A stretch of 64,000 nt of DNA from assembly GCA_038523235.1 (NCBI GenBank), contig JBCBJQ010000011.1, positions 32,001 to 96,000 of the forward strand, read 5' to 3'. Position 1 is the first letter of the stretch. Every line of letters begins with the position of its first letter. Position numbers and translations under genes: made by a program. This DNA comes from Cyanobacteria bacterium J06626_4 (GTDB taxonomy: Bacteria > Cyanobacteriota > Cyanobacteriia > Phormidesmidales > Phormidesmidaceae). Below, piece after piece: positions 51,969 to 63,030 of the stretch. Below the pieces are notes generated by a model. It saw nothing but the letters and a program-made list of their open reading frames with translations, had not been told where the DNA came from and did no database searches.

Positions 51969-52853
51969 TTAGACGGCGACCGGGGGAGAACAGGGAGAGA
52001 AACAAAACTGCGGTTGTGTGTCGTACCAAATATTGGGCGAAAAGGGAAAATGTTCATACCCGACTCGTAACAAGCAAAGGCCACTGGCCGGAGCCGCGTA
52101 CTTTACCTGGTCTCGCTGTTGATTTTGCCAGAGACCAGTGAACTCTTCCACACTGAGCATGCCCCGTCCGACCTGGACCAAAATCCCCATCAGGAGACGT
52201 ACCATGCCGTACAAAAAACCGTTTGCCTGCAGTTCCACCGTTACAAATTGATCCCGACGGCGGCATTCCACGTGCTGCAGTTCTACACAAGCGTGAGATC
52301 GCTTAGAGCCCGATCTTTGGAAGGCCGTCAGGTCATGGTAACCCAGCAAAGGGGCTAGGGCCGCTTGCATGAGCCCCTCGCTCAAAGGCTGATGGTAGTA
52401 GTGCCAAGAGAACGGGCGAACAAAGAGATTCGGAACCGGGTGGGTATAAATGGTGTACCGATAGCGTCGCCACTGCGCCGAAAACTGAGCATGCCAATCA
52501 TCTGGCACTCGCGCCGCTGCCCGAATCACGATGTCTGCCGGGAGGCGACTGTTGAGGATACTCGCCCAGCGCTGGGCAGGAATCATCGTCGGAGCCTGAA
52601 AGTGAGCAACCTGAGCGGCAGCATGGACGCCGGTATCGGTTCGCCCAGCCCCACAAAGGGTCACAGCGTGGCCCAACACACTGGCGATCGCAGTCTCAAT
52701 ATCCCCCTGCACCGTTCGCTCACGCGGTTGACGCTGCCAGCCGTGGAAGTGAGTGCCGACATACTGCACAACAATCGCTACCCGCTGGAGTTGAGTCCAC
52801 CGAGGAGTGCCATGGGCATGCAATTGGTCAGGTAAGGGGGTCGGACGCGACAT
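51969..52853 (-). CDS. truA: tRNA pseudouridine(38-40) synthase
   Basis: GWQRQ, GAGRTDTGVHA, FLYGMVR. Confidence 0.95.
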   Translation of the reverse strand: MSRPTPLPDQLHAHGTPRWTQLQRVAIVVQYVGTHFHGWQRQPRERTVQGDIETAIASVLGHAVTLCGAGRTDTGVHAAAQVAHFQAPTMIPAQRWASILNSRLPADIVIRAAARVPDDWHAQFSAQWRRYRYTIYTHPVPNLFVRPFSWHYYHQPLSEGLMQAALAPLLGYHDLTAFQRSGSKRSHACVELQHVECRRRDQFVTVELQANGFLYGMVRLLMGILVQVGRGMLSVEEFTGLWQNQQRDQVKYAAPASGLCLLRVGYEHFPFSPNIWYDTQPQFCFSPCSPPVAV

Positions 52854-52874
52854 GATAGGGTGGTAAGTGCGTGG

Positions 52875-53225
52875 CTAAGTCAGCTCAATGATGGCCATTT
52901 CAGCGTTATCGCCTCGGCGACGAACGGTACGCAAGATGCGGGTATATCCACCGTTACGTTCGCCATACCGATCCTGAGCTTGCTCGAACAGCGCATGAAC
53001 CAGCCTTTTATCGTACATGTAACCCAACGCTCGACGGCGAGCCGCCAGAGACCCATCTTTAGCCAGCGTGATCATTCGATCTGCTTCTGACCGCACGGCC
53101 CGAGCGCGGGCTTTTGTGGTTTTAATTTGACCATTGCGGATCAGCTCAGTCGTGAGCGATCGCAATAAAGCTCGGCGTTGATCAGCCGGTTTTCCCAGTC
53201 TTGGGACACGACAAGCGTGGCGCAT
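52875..53225 (-). CDS. rplQ: 50S ribosomal protein L17
   Basis: MRH...[25 protein letters not shown]. Confidence 0.97.
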   Translation of the reverse strand: MRHACRVPRLGKPADQRRALLRSLTTELIRNGQIKTTKARARAVRSEADRMITLAKDGSLAARRRALGYMYDKRLVHALFEQAQDRYGERNGGYTRILRTVRRRGDNAEMAIIELT

Positions 53226-53324
53226 AGTCACTTCCCTCCTTCAATTGACACAACTCAACAGTAAAAATCCGAAGCGGGGAGCTTCGGAGAAATATCCCCA
53301 ACCACAGTTGGGGAAAGCCTTTGG

Positions 53325-54272
53325 CTAGGCAGTCTTGGCCGACTTTTCAGCGGGCAACGTGATGCCCAAACGCTGCTGCAGCGCCTCAATCACCTCATCT
53401 GCCGACTTTTGCCCAAAATTCTTGATTTCCAGCAGGTCTTCCTGAGTGAAGTCCAAAAGATCGGCCACCGAATTGACCTGAGCCCGCTTGAGGCAGTTGT
53501 AGGCTCTCACCGAAAGCTGTAGCTCTTCAATGGGAATGTGATTGGTGGGATCTTCTTCCTTCGGCTCCTCGTCAGATTTCGGCTCTAGCGTCACATCCTT
53601 AAGCGGATTGAACAACGAAACCAAAATTGCTGCCGCTTCGCTCATGGCTTGCTGAGGGGTCAAGCTACCATTCGTGGTGACTTCCATGACTAAGCGGTCT
53701 TTTTTCAAAGAGCCACCTTCCATCACGTCTTCTACGGTGTAATTCACCTTTCTGACAGGCATGAAGATTGCATCGATCTGCATGAAATCTAAAGCAGCCG
53801 CTTCATCGTGACTCCGCTCGATCGCCCGATAGCCTTTGCCCAATTCGATCCGAAATTCCATTTCGAGAGTATGTCCCTCTGCCACAGTGGCGACATACTG
53901 GTCGGGGTCGATAATTTCCACTTCAGAAGGCAAATCAAAATGGCCTGCTGTCACTTTGGCCGGTCCCTGAACCAGTAAGCGGCCAATTTGTGGTTGAGCA
54001 GAATAGCTCTTGAGCACCACTTCTTTCATGTTCAGCAGAACATCCAGAACATCTTCGCGAACCCCAGGTACGGTGGAAAACTCGTGAGTTGCTCCGGCAA
54101 CTCGCACTGCCGTAATTGCCGTCCCCTCCAGGTTTGAAAGCAATACTCGACGCAACGCGTTGCCAACAGTGATGCCCTGACTGCGCTCCAGCGGTTCGAT
54201 CAAAAAACGACTGTAATGACTTTGATCATCGCCAATTGACGACTCAACACACTCAACCTGAAACTGTGCCAC
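53325..54272 (-). CDS. rpoA: RNA polymerase alpha subunit
   Basis: EPLERSQGITVGNALRRVLLS, LSVRAYNCLKR, NFGQKS. Confidence 0.98.
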   Translation of the reverse strand: MAQFQVECVESSIGDDQSHYSRFLIEPLERSQGITVGNALRRVLLSNLEGTAITAVRVAGATHEFSTVPGVREDVLDVLLNMKEVVLKSYSAQPQIGRLLVQGPAKVTAGHFDLPSEVEIIDPDQYVATVAEGHTLEMEFRIELGKGYRAIERSHDEAAALDFMQIDAIFMPVRKVNYTVEDVMEGGSLKKDRLVMEVTTNGSLTPQQAMSEAAAILVSLFNPLKDVTLEPKSDEEPKEEDPTNHIPIEELQLSVRAYNCLKRAQVNSVADLLDFTQEDLLEIKNFGQKSADEVIEALQQRLGITLPAEKSAKTA

Positions 54273-54317
54273 TGATGTGCCTCCCTTGCCTTGTCACTAC
54301 TCTGAATACACCTCGAA

Positions 54318-54710
54318 TTAAACGCGTCGTCGCTTGGGCGGACGACAGCCGTTGTGAGGAATTGGAGTCACATCACGAATCAATGTAATTTCCAACCCAG
54401 CCGCTTGTAATGCTCGAATGGCCGTTTCCCGGCCCGCGCCGGGCCCACTGACCATGACCTCGATTTGACGCATACCCTGATCCATGGCGCGTCGGGCCGC
54501 ACTGTCAGCTGCCGTTTGGGCCGCAAACGGAGTCCCTTTTTTGGCACCCTTGAAGCCACTGGCACCCGCCGAAGACCAGGAAACCGCACCCCCATTGGTG
54601 TCGGTAATCGTCACGATGGTGTTGTTGAATGTGGACTGAATGTGAGCGACACCGTTGGGCACATTCTTCTTGGTCTTACGTCCACCCGTCTTTTTTGTTG
54701 GTTTAGCCAT
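54318..54710 (-). CDS. rpsK: 30S ribosomal protein S11
   Basis: [26 protein letters not shown]. Confidence 0.98.
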   Translation of the reverse strand: MAKPTKKTGGRKTKKNVPNGVAHIQSTFNNTIVTITDTNGGAVSWSSAGASGFKGAKKGTPFAAQTAADSAARRAMDQGMRQIEVMVSGPGAGRETAIRALQAAGLEITLIRDVTPIPHNGCRPPKRRRV

Positions 54711-54810
54711 TTACTCTGTCTGCCGTCTTTGCTCAGTCACCAAAAAACTGACGCGCTCCCGCCTACCGTCTATTCGCTAGACGTTGAGCTGGAATCCGTC
54801 AGTCAGTACG

Positions 54811-55191
54811 CTATTTCTTAGGCGCTTTTTTCTTGCCTGCAACAGTGCGCTTACCACTGCGGCGGGTGCGGGAATTGGTTCGGGTGCGCTGTCCTCTCAC
54901 AGGAAGGCCGGCTCGATGACGCCGCCCCCGATAGCAACCAATATCCATCAGTCGCTTAATGTTCATGCCTTCAAGACGGCGTAGATCCCCTTCGACTTCG
55001 TAGTCGTTCTCGACGGAATCCCGCAATCTCGAGACATCTGAGTCAGTCAAATCACGAACACGGATGTCAGGATTGACTCCCGTTTTCCCAAGAATTGCTT
55101 GAGACCGACTCAAACCGATACCGTAAATATATGTCAGACCAATTTCGACCCGCTTATCTCTCGGCAGGTCTACGCCAGCAATGCGTGCCAC
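54811..55191 (-). CDS. rpsM: 30S ribosomal protein S13
   Basis: [22 protein letters not shown]. Confidence 0.98.
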   Translation of the reverse strand: MARIAGVDLPRDKRVEIGLTYIYGIGLSRSQAILGKTGVNPDIRVRDLTDSDVSRLRDSVENDYEVEGDLRRLEGMNIKRLMDIGCYRGRRHRAGLPVRGQRTRTNSRTRRSGKRTVAGKKKAPKK

Positions 55192-55315
55192 TGACTCCTA
55201 TCTCCCCATTGAATTTCACTATATCGGTGCAGCTTAGTCGTCGTGACTAAAACTACTTGGTGAAATGCTTTTCCACCAATGCTCAGCCCTCTTCACCCAG
55301 CGATCGCCAAGGATA

Positions 55316-55429
55316 TTACCCTTGACGTTGCTTATGTTTCGGGTTGGCACAGATCACCATCACTCGGCCTTTACGACGAATGACGCGACACTTATCACAC
55401 ATTCTTCGGACGGATGCGCGGACTTTCAT
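55316..55429 (-). CDS. rpmJ: 50S ribosomal protein L36 (37 aa; not in ORF track)
   Basis: [37 protein letters not shown]. Confidence 0.97.
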   Translation of the reverse strand: MKVRASVRRMCDKCRVIRRKGRVMVICANPKHKQRQG

Positions 55430-55709
55430 GTCCCTTACTCAGCACTCCACTACAGAATTGCGATTCTAGCAAAGATAAGCAACCCCCGTCAAACTATTTT
55501 TCAAGGGGTTGGCCGCTAAATCACAAAGACCGCCCCTTGCTTGAGCAAAGGCAGTCTTTGACGGGGGCATTTACCGAGAATGGGCCGATGTTGAGCAAGA
55601 TGATTCAGCGTGGCTATGATGGCTGGGCAATCGCCGATTCATCAGTACAGCGGCAGATAATTCACGACGAATAGCCGACTACGGAGTTGAGGAATTATCG
55701 TTAAAGCGC

Positions 55710-56114
55710 TTATGCTCCCCGCTTGAGAGCGGCTTCAACTTGTTTGAATTCTTGTTCTAATCGATTTTTGAGTTTGTCTGGAATTGGACGATTAGGGTAA
55801 GAGCTGTAGTGGCCCGCTAGAGCGTTGAGGGCGGTTCGGGTGGTCGCGAAAGAACTTAGCCCTTCGACCGCATTGTCGCGGCGGTAGAACGAAAAGAAAT
55901 CGTTGATTAGGTTACGGGCGTTGGCCTCCGCCACATTCTTGTCAGGGTCATCGGTCGAGAGATTGATGGCCGTCCGTAAGGTCTCAATTACGGTCAAGGT
56001 ATCTTGGCGATAGTCCCCAGACATTTGCCCACTCACCCCAGCACTGTTGCAACCGGTTAGACCAATGACGGCAACGAGAATAAGGGCGAAAAAACGGGTT
56101 AATAACTGTCTCAT
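55710..56114 (-). CDS. psb27: Photosystem II assembly lipoprotein Psb27
   Basis: Lipobox LTGC; YRQDTL.V, SF....TALNALAGHY, RLEQEF. Confidence 0.93.
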   Translation of the reverse strand: MRQLLTRFFALILVAVIGLTGCNSAGVSGQMSGDYRQDTLTVIETLRTAINLSTDDPDKNVAEANARNLINDFFSFYRRDNAVEGLSSFATTRTALNALAGHYSSYPNRPIPDKLKNRLEQEFKQVEAALKRGA

Positions 56115-56509
56115 AAGTACCTACGCAGTTAGCTACAACGGTGCCACACCTTAAAGGGTATGTCTGCTATATTACCCCGTTGTGCTGTCGCTTCGAGGTT
56201 TTTCTGTCTGGTGACGCCTGGCGACAGATAACGCCATCCGGTTATCTACGGGGCTGACCGGCAGACACGAGAAAGATGCCAGCGCCTTGGTTAACGACAA
56301 TCCATCAGGGCTGGGCAAGAGGAAGCTGTTTGCCCAGCTGCCGGGGCAGGAAGACTGCTCCTCAGCTACAGCTTAGGGAAGCTTGATCTGCAGGTTCAGC
56401 AGCCGGGGAAGGGTGGGGCGCCAATCAAAATCCAGCTATGGCGATCGCGCTGACACGTAATAATGAAGCCTAGTGACTCTGATGTAATGGAACGGTGTGC
56501 TAGAGCCCC

Positions 56510-57028
56510 ATGAATTATTTGATAGCTGTTTTGAGCGATCGCATCCAAGTCGAAGGAGCCTATTCCGCGTTGGAAGAGGCTAAGTTCGCGATGGGAGAAG
56601 TGGCGATCTTGGGTAAGGGGTACAAAACTGCTGATGAATATGGTCTCATTGACCCGGCTAATGAAGCCTGGAAGCAAATGCGACTGATGATGGTTTGGTT
56701 AGTGCCCTTTGGGTTTATTGCCGGTTTTGGCTTTAATGCAGTGACGGGTCTAGATACATTCCCTTGGGCCGGTGCTTGGGGCAACCAGATCATCGGCGGG
56801 CTGCTGGGGGCCGGGTCAGGGGCGATGGGAGCCTTTTTTGTCGGCGGCGGAGCGGGAGCGGCCTTTGGTAGTGGCGATGCTCTGTCCTATCGCAACCGCT
56901 TAGCGGCAGGCAAGTATTTGCTAGTGGTGCGAGGGTCTGATGCTGAGATTCGCCTAGCGACGCCAATTGTCCGCCGCTTTCGCCCGGAAAATATTCAGGG
57001 CTATACGGCTCCACCGGCAAATGTTTAA
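56510..57028 (+). CDS. Conserved hypothetical membrane protein
   Basis: MNYLIAVLSDRIQVE.AY..L, Gly-rich TM hairpin, YRNRL.AGKYL. Confidence 0.7.
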   Translation: MNYLIAVLSDRIQVEGAYSALEEAKFAMGEVAILGKGYKTADEYGLIDPANEAWKQMRLMMVWLVPFGFIAGFGFNAVTGLDTFPWAGAWGNQIIGGLLGAGSGAMGAFFVGGGAGAAFGSGDALSYRNRLAAGKYLLVVRGSDAEIRLATPIVRRFRPENIQGYTAPPANV

Positions 57029-57161
57029 GCCGCCCGCGATTGGATGATCGGGTGATTTCCGCATACATTGGTTGATCGCCTCTCGCGATTTAGACGCTGG
57101 GGTGTACGCTCCGGCGGGGCAGGCAAGAGCTTTGAGAATCCGGTGTTTCAGGAAAAAACAA

Positions 57162-57524
57162 ATGACGCAGAAACGGCTGGTTATTGAAATGGGGATGGGG
57201 GTTGATCAGCATGGTCAAGACCCTACGGTGGCAGCCGCTCGCGCGGTGCGCAATGCGATCGCCCACAATGCGCTACCGGGCGTGTGGGAAGTCGCTGGTT
57301 TAGATCATCCCAGTGAGATGTTAGTCGCGGTGCAGGTGGCTGTCCCCTTTCCCGAAACCGTTAGACAGGATGAGGTCTTGGCGGTTCTACCCTTTGGTCA
57401 GAAAACGCTCACTCTGGAGTCAGGGGGCATGGTCGTACCGGGCAAGGCGATTCCGGAGTTAAATGACAAAAACGACGACATGTATGTGGCGATCGCCGCC
57501 GTCACCGTCTCGATTCCGGAGTAA
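57162..57524 (+). CDS. Lin0512 family protein
   Basis: IEMGMGVDQHGQDPTVAAARAVRNAI, VLPFG; start ATG 57162. Confidence 0.85.
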   Translation: MTQKRLVIEMGMGVDQHGQDPTVAAARAVRNAIAHNALPGVWEVAGLDHPSEMLVAVQVAVPFPETVRQDEVLAVLPFGQKTLTLESGGMVVPGKAIPELNDKNDDMYVAIAAVTVSIPE

Positions 57525-57606
57525 GTGAGGATACAAGAAGCCTTCTCAGGTTTCGCAACGCAGCAAAGTGGCCGCCGTCTTGGCCTCACTGGACTGGTGA
57601 TGGTGA

Positions 57607-59193
57607 TTAACGGCTCTCGACCCGCAGGTGGCTCAAATCAGCCGGGTCGCCCGAGAGTTTGATCTGTCGTTCATTCGCGTTGAGATGGCGCAAGATTTTG
57701 TAAAGGGTCTCGATCTGGGCAGCGGCGTTGATGTGGGCAGCCAAGTCGGCGATGGTCATTGCACTAGGAGCAGCTTTAATGGCATCCAGGGCATCAGTCT
57801 GCAGTTGTAAGATGCCAGCCGCCGCTTTTTTGCCCGCCTCAACCCCCGGCTGGTGATAAGCGTTGATATTGACCAGCGCCGCATAAAGACCCACAGCTCT
57901 TTCATATAGGGCGATCAGTGCTCCCACAATTTCAGGCGTCACCTGGGGAACGGTGATGGTGATGGAATCTCGCTGATTGTCGTAAAGTGCCTGTCGGGTG
58001 CCTAACAAAAACCCACAGAGAAAGTCGCCAGCCGTTGCCCCCTGATCAATGGCGATGGAATCACCTTCTCGATCTTTCAACACTTCAATGAAGGTGACAA
58101 AGAAGTTGTTAACCCCTTCGCGCAGTTGCTGAACGTAGGCATGTTGGTCGGTTGAACCCTTGTTGCCATAGACGGCGATACCCTGGTTGACCACCTGACC
58201 ATCGAGGTCTTTTTCTTTGCCGAGGGATTCCATCACTAACTGCTGCAAATAGCGGCTAAACAGGGCCAGACTGTCTTTGTAGGGCAGTAGTACCATGTCT
58301 TTCAGTCCCTGGCCTTCGCCGACAAAGTACCAGCTCATAGCGAGCATGGCTGCCGGATTTTGGCGCAGCTCCGCCACGCGAGTCGCCGCGTCCATGACTT
58401 TAGCGCCGTTTAAGATGGCGATCATGTCGATGCCTTCGAGCGCGGCCGGTAATAGTCCCACCGAAGAGAGTTCTGAGGTGCGGCCACCGACCCAGCCATG
58501 CATGGGAAAGGTGCCTAGCCACCCCTGTTGGAGGGCGACTTTTTCGAGGTTGCTGTCAATGCCGGTCACGGCGACGGCCTGTTTCGCAAAGTTTAGGCCC
58601 AACTGGTTAAAGCGGTGCTGAACTTCAACCATGGCGTTGCGGGTTTCAGGCGTGCCGCCGGATTTAGAGGTGACGATCACGAGCGTGGTCGCGAGGCGAT
58701 CGCCTAATCGATGCAAGATGCGATCGATCCCCGCCGGATCAGTGTTGTCAATGAAATGAGCTTTAAGGGGCGGCTGATCAGCCGTGAGCGCTTCGGATAC
58801 GAACTGGGGACCGAGGGCTGAGCCGCCGATGCCAATACACAGCAGATCGGTGAACTTGTCTTGCCCGGGGGGACACAACTTACCCGTGTGCACCTGCTCG
58901 GTGAATATTTTGATGTCTTGAATGGTTGATAGAATATCTTGTTTGAGGGCCGGAGACGGTGCTCGATCTGGATCTCGTAGCCAGTAATGGCCCACCATGC
59001 GGTTTTCGTCAGGGTTGGCGATCGCCCCTTGCTCCAGCGCTGTCATGGCGGCAAAAGCTACGGCAAATTTCGGCTGTATCTGCTGTATGAAAGCCGCATC
59101 AAATCTGATGCGGCTGATGTCGAGATAGAGATTGAGCTCCTCGTGGTGATAGAGCCAGTCCTGATAACGTTGCCAAAGTGCAATCTCGTCCAT
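57607..59193 (-). CDS. pgi: Glucose-6-phosphate isomerase
   Basis: [43 protein letters not shown]. Confidence 0.96.
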   Translation of the reverse strand: MDEIALWQRYQDWLYHHEELNLYLDISRIRFDAAFIQQIQPKFAVAFAAMTALEQGAIANPDENRMVGHYWLRDPDRAPSPALKQDILSTIQDIKIFTEQVHTGKLCPPGQDKFTDLLCIGIGGSALGPQFVSEALTADQPPLKAHFIDNTDPAGIDRILHRLGDRLATTLVIVTSKSGGTPETRNAMVEVQHRFNQLGLNFAKQAVAVTGIDSNLEKVALQQGWLGTFPMHGWVGGRTSELSSVGLLPAALEGIDMIAILNGAKVMDAATRVAELRQNPAAMLAMSWYFVGEGQGLKDMVLLPYKDSLALFSRYLQQLVMESLGKEKDLDGQVVNQGIAVYGNKGSTDQHAYVQQLREGVNNFFVTFIEVLKDREGDSIAIDQGATAGDFLCGFLLGTRQALYDNQRDSITITVPQVTPEIVGALIALYERAVGLYAALVNINAYHQPGVEAGKKAAAGILQLQTDALDAIKAAPSAMTIADLAAHINAAAQIETLYKILRHLNANERQIKLSGDPADLSHLRVESR

Positions 59194-59438
59194 AACAGTT
59201 TTCCGAGTATGTATGGGGACAGTCAAAAGTATTCCAACTCAGTTTAAGGAAACACGGTTACGCAGGGCAGAGCTTCCCGACCACTTTTATTGAAAGTTGT
59301 TGATTGCTGGGTGGGTGAATAGCGGGGAATCGTTGGGAACCGGCATTCAAGGCTTGGGATGGACTGATGGCGAGGCGCAGCAGTGGGAGGCAGTGCGCAT
59401 GGGGCCTGATTGCCGTCGCTGACGTGAACTTGATGGCC

Positions 59439-60215
59439 TCAAGGCCCTTCAGGCGTGGGCAAAACCTGCACAGTTCCAGCTAAGGAAAGCTGCTCAGCCT
59501 GAATTTCACAGGTTGTCAACTGCACCTGAGAGCCCAAATCGATGGCAAACCCCTGCAGGCTCGGCAGTGGGGTTGACTCTTCTGAGGCCATATCTATCAG
59601 CCAGTGGGGATCTTTGAGGCAGAGCTGATGCCCATCTTGAACTATCAATTGTGTGGCGATCGCGATCGGCGGCAAATCGGCTTGCTGATCGGGCATTAGC
59701 CGCAAAATAATCTGCTCTGCTTCGATGCTGGCGGTGGGGCGGTAGTGGGGCAGCACCGTGTGGTTGGGCAGGGCTTGCAAGACCGCCTGTAGGTGAGAAG
59801 CCTCTGATTGTGCTTGGCTGAGCAGGCGCAGCAGGTCATAGAGACCCGTGCCTAAGAGTGGTGACTGCAAGGATTGATTGAAATCAGCCGTGGTGAGAAA
59901 CACCTGACCACTGATGGGAAAGGCCGCCAGCAAGCGCAAAGGCTTGCGACGCAGCACCTGACCTAAATTGACGCGGATGCCGCTGGCTTTGACGTCCGCT
60001 TGACTCAAGTGAATGCCCTGGTAGATGGCTTTCTGGGCGGACAGAACGACTTCCGGAATGTGACCTGAGAGTAAGTCGCGATCGCGCCCCTCAATCTGGA
60101 AGTTCAAATTTTCCACATGGTCGAGCTGTGTGGACAACCAAAATCGAATGGCGGGCGGCAGAATCCGGCTGATTACCCGACTACCTTTCGACTGGCTTGG
60201 GGAGAACTCACTCAC
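59439..60215 (-). CDS. DUF2993 (LmeA-like) protein
   Basis: LPPAIRFWLSTQL, LLSGHIP.V...A..AIYQGI.L, INLGQVL-type motif. Confidence 0.7.
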   Translation of the reverse strand: MSEFSPSQSKGSRVISRILPPAIRFWLSTQLDHVENLNFQIEGRDRDLLSGHIPEVVLSAQKAIYQGIHLSQADVKASGIRVNLGQVLRRKPLRLLAAFPISGQVFLTTADFNQSLQSPLLGTGLYDLLRLLSQAQSEASHLQAVLQALPNHTVLPHYRPTASIEAEQIILRLMPDQQADLPPIAIATQLIVQDGHQLCLKDPHWLIDMASEESTPLPSLQGFAIDLGSQVQLTTCEIQAEQLSLAGTVQVLPTPEGP

Positions 60216-60561
60216 TTAACCCGCTCCTCGGACACACTTTTCCACTCGTTATTCAACCACGCCAGTTGCACACTATCCGATGACCATAGACGCCTTTGCA
60301 ATCGGCTATCAGCGAGTGGAGATCAAAAAGCAATGAATTCCTGACATTCTCGGGAGCTCAGGATCGCAATGTCATGTTTTTGTGACATTGCGATCCCCGA
60401 AAAGCTTGTTCTATCGTGAAACCCTCTCGGTGTATGCACCTGAGGGGTTGTCCTGATCAGGATAGATCTGTCATAGTGTGGCCAACTCGTGATCCCAAGA
60501 TTGTGGATTTCGATCCCCAAGCGATTTTTGTGGCTATCTCACCGCGTTAGGAGTGAATCTT

Positions 60562-61803
60562 ATGTCCCAGTCGATCCCGTCTCTTGATGACATGACGCTA
60601 CGGCAACTGCGCAGAGTTGCCAGCGAGTATGAGGTCTCGCGCTACAGTCGCATGCGCAAATCTGAGCTGATTGATTCGATTAAGGCGGCTCAGACTCGTC
60701 GCACCGCTTCTGCCCCTGCCCCTGCTGCCAGTGTTGAGGGCCAAACCGAAGTTGAAGCGTCTAAGTTTATTCCCTCGACTGAGCCGATTCCCGCAGAAGT
60801 CTTAGCGTCAGTTGATGAAGGCCTGCCTGATTTGCCCAGTGGCTATGGCGAGAGTCGAATCGTTTTGATGCCCCGCGACCCGCAGTGGGCTTATACCTAT
60901 TGGGATATTCCCAACAGCCATAAAGAAGAGCTGCGCCGGCAGGGAGGGGCTCGTTTAGCCTTGCGTTTTTACGATGTCACTGACATCGATATGAACTATC
61001 AGGCCCCCCACAGCTTGCAGCAGTACGAATGTGATGAGCTGGCTCGGGAATGGTACTTACCTATTCCTGTTAGCGATCGCGACTATGCGATCGAGATTGG
61101 CTACCTGTGCAATGATGGACGCTGGCTATTGCTGGCCCGCTCGGCTCAGGTGCACATTCCTCCTGTCTACCCCTCTGACTGGATTGAAGATCACTTCATG
61201 ACCGTTGGTTGGGATCAAGACCTGCGCGGTGCCACGATTAAAACGCTCACTCACCCCACCAAACGAGTGGAAACCGCCTACGGCAGCAACGAGCTTTACG
61301 AAGAAATCTTCGGTCTGGCTGAATCTGCCGAGGCTCAGCGGATTGCGGGCTCGCTGTTCGGCTCAATGCAGCATGTCCCGAGTTCGGCGGTCAGCTCTTT
61401 TGCCATGCCATTGAGTTCCTATGTCTTCCCTTCGGGCGTTGGCATGTGGGCCGGCGAAGTGCCGACCATGTCGGGGCTCACCATGTCAGGTGCGGGCTTC
61501 TCGGCATCGGCACCGCCAATTCGCCCCCGTGAGTTTTGGCTAGTGGCCGATGCTGAACTGATTGTTTATGGTGCAACCGAGCCTGATGCAACCGTGACAG
61601 TTGGTGGCAAGCCCATTAAGCTCAACTCGGATGGCACTTTCCGGTTCCAAATGTCTTTCCAAGATGGGCTCATTGACTATCCCATCTTCGCAGTCGCGGC
61701 TGACGGTGAACAAAACCGGGCTATTCACATGAAATTCAACCGGGAAACGCCTTACCGTCGAACCAATACGAAAGAAGACGCGGTTGAAGAGTGGCTCGTC
61801 TAA
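60562..61803 (+). CDS. Rho-N + DUF4912 domain protein
   Basis: MTLRQLRRVA...YSRMRKSELI; RIVLMPRDPQWAYTYWD; FWLVADAELIVYGATEP. Confidence 0.85.
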   Translation: MSQSIPSLDDMTLRQLRRVASEYEVSRYSRMRKSELIDSIKAAQTRRTASAPAPAASVEGQTEVEASKFIPSTEPIPAEVLASVDEGLPDLPSGYGESRIVLMPRDPQWAYTYWDIPNSHKEELRRQGGARLALRFYDVTDIDMNYQAPHSLQQYECDELAREWYLPIPVSDRDYAIEIGYLCNDGRWLLLARSAQVHIPPVYPSDWIEDHFMTVGWDQDLRGATIKTLTHPTKRVETAYGSNELYEEIFGLAESAEAQRIAGSLFGSMQHVPSSAVSSFAMPLSSYVFPSGVGMWAGEVPTMSGLTMSGAGFSASAPPIRPREFWLVADAELIVYGATEPDATVTVGGKPIKLNSDGTFRFQMSFQDGLIDYPIFAVAADGEQNRAIHMKFNRETPYRRTNTKEDAVEEWLV

Positions 61804-61827
61804 CCGCCTAATGTCCAAAGGTTAATC

Positions 61828-61862
61828 AAAAGAGCGTTGCCCGACCGGCGGCGCTCTTTTTT
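61828..61862 (+). terminator. Intrinsic terminator
   Basis: AAAAGAGCGTTGCC..GGCGGCGCTCTTTTTT. Confidence 0.7.
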
Positions 61863-61907
61863 AATGAAAACTATTCTGTCAAACAAACTCCTTGCTAAGG
61901 TGAGGAT

Positions 61908-62468
61908 ATGGAAATCAAAGACATCACAACCTACCTGCAGGGGCGTTTTGGGGAGCAAACGCAAGTGAACCCGCCGGATGCGTGGCAGGTAGAAGCTGCC
62001 GACTTTCGCTTGCTGGTGCTGCTCTCGGCTAATCAAAGCTGGTTGCGTCTGCTGGTGCCCATCGTCCCAGCGCCAGATGCTCAACCCTATCTTGCCGAAA
62101 TCCTCAGCGCTAATTTTGACCTGACTCAAGAGGCTCGCTATGCCTTGCATCAAAATGTTTTGTGGGGTGTATTTCAAGATGAGCTAGCGAGCCTGACAGA
62201 ATCGCGCTTTGAGTCGGCGATTAGTCGGTTACTGGTGATGAAACAGGAAGGTATTGAGCCTTTTTTTAGTACTTTAATTGAGCAGCAGATTCGACAAATC
62301 ATTGCGGCGGCCAAGCAGCAAGGGCAATCTTTAGAAACCACTCTGCAAACCCTCGATCGCTTCTACAGCGAGGGCATGATGGGTGATATGGCTGATAGTG
62401 ACTATCAGGGACAGGCGTTAGAGGCTTGGCGGCGACAGCTAGAACGACTGTGGACTGAGGAGACATGA
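61908..62468 (+). CDS. YbjN/type III chaperone-fold protein
   Basis: RLLVLLS..QSWLRLLVPI, ILSANFD.TQEARYAL. Confidence 0.6.
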   Translation: MEIKDITTYLQGRFGEQTQVNPPDAWQVEAADFRLLVLLSANQSWLRLLVPIVPAPDAQPYLAEILSANFDLTQEARYALHQNVLWGVFQDELASLTESRFESAISRLLVMKQEGIEPFFSTLIEQQIRQIIAAAKQQGQSLETTLQTLDRFYSEGMMGDMADSDYQGQALEAWRRQLERLWTEET

Positions 62469-62863
62469 TGGATATTGAGACGGTTTGCGATCGCATCCGC
62501 CAAGACTATGCGCGTTTTCCAGCCGAACAGAGCTATGACCTATATGCGCCAGACGTGTATTTTCAAGATCCGCTCAATCGCTTTCGCGGCGTAGAGCGCT
62601 ATCGCCAAATGATTGGCTTTATTGCTCGCTGGTTTCGCGAACCTTGTCTGAAATTGCACAGACTTGAACCAGTGGATGAAACAACCTTTCACACCTACTG
62701 GACGTTGAGTTGGATTACCCCCCTTCCTTGGCGACCACCCGTTGCCATCTCGGGGTGGACCGAGTATCGCCTCAATGCCGCCGGTGAGATTACTTCCCAC
62801 ATTGATCATTGGAACTGCTCACGCCTGGCGGTCTTGGGGCAAGTTTTGCGCTTCAGCGACTGA
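62465..62863 (+). CDS. DUF2358 (NTF2/SnoaL-like) protein
   Basis: YDLYAPDVYFQDPLNRFRG...Y, PLPWRP, ITSHIDHW. Confidence 0.8.
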   Translation: MMDIETVCDRIRQDYARFPAEQSYDLYAPDVYFQDPLNRFRGVERYRQMIGFIARWFREPCLKLHRLEPVDETTFHTYWTLSWITPLPWRPPVAISGWTEYRLNAAGEITSHIDHWNCSRLAVLGQVLRFSD

Positions 62864-63030
62864 TACTCAATTCACTCAAACCGTATCGATCCAGATATCG
62901 ATTTGCCTGATCGTAATGAATCTAAGGTGGGCTTTACGCCTGCAGTGCGCAGCCTCATCTCCAGTTGAATTAACTGCAGGACGGCGGCGATCATAAAGGC
63001 GCTTGCCAGCCCAGGGGCTCAGGCCAGACG

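Noticed and set aside
54272..54318. rpsD missing between rpsK and rpoA
   Set aside because: Normal for cyanobacteria
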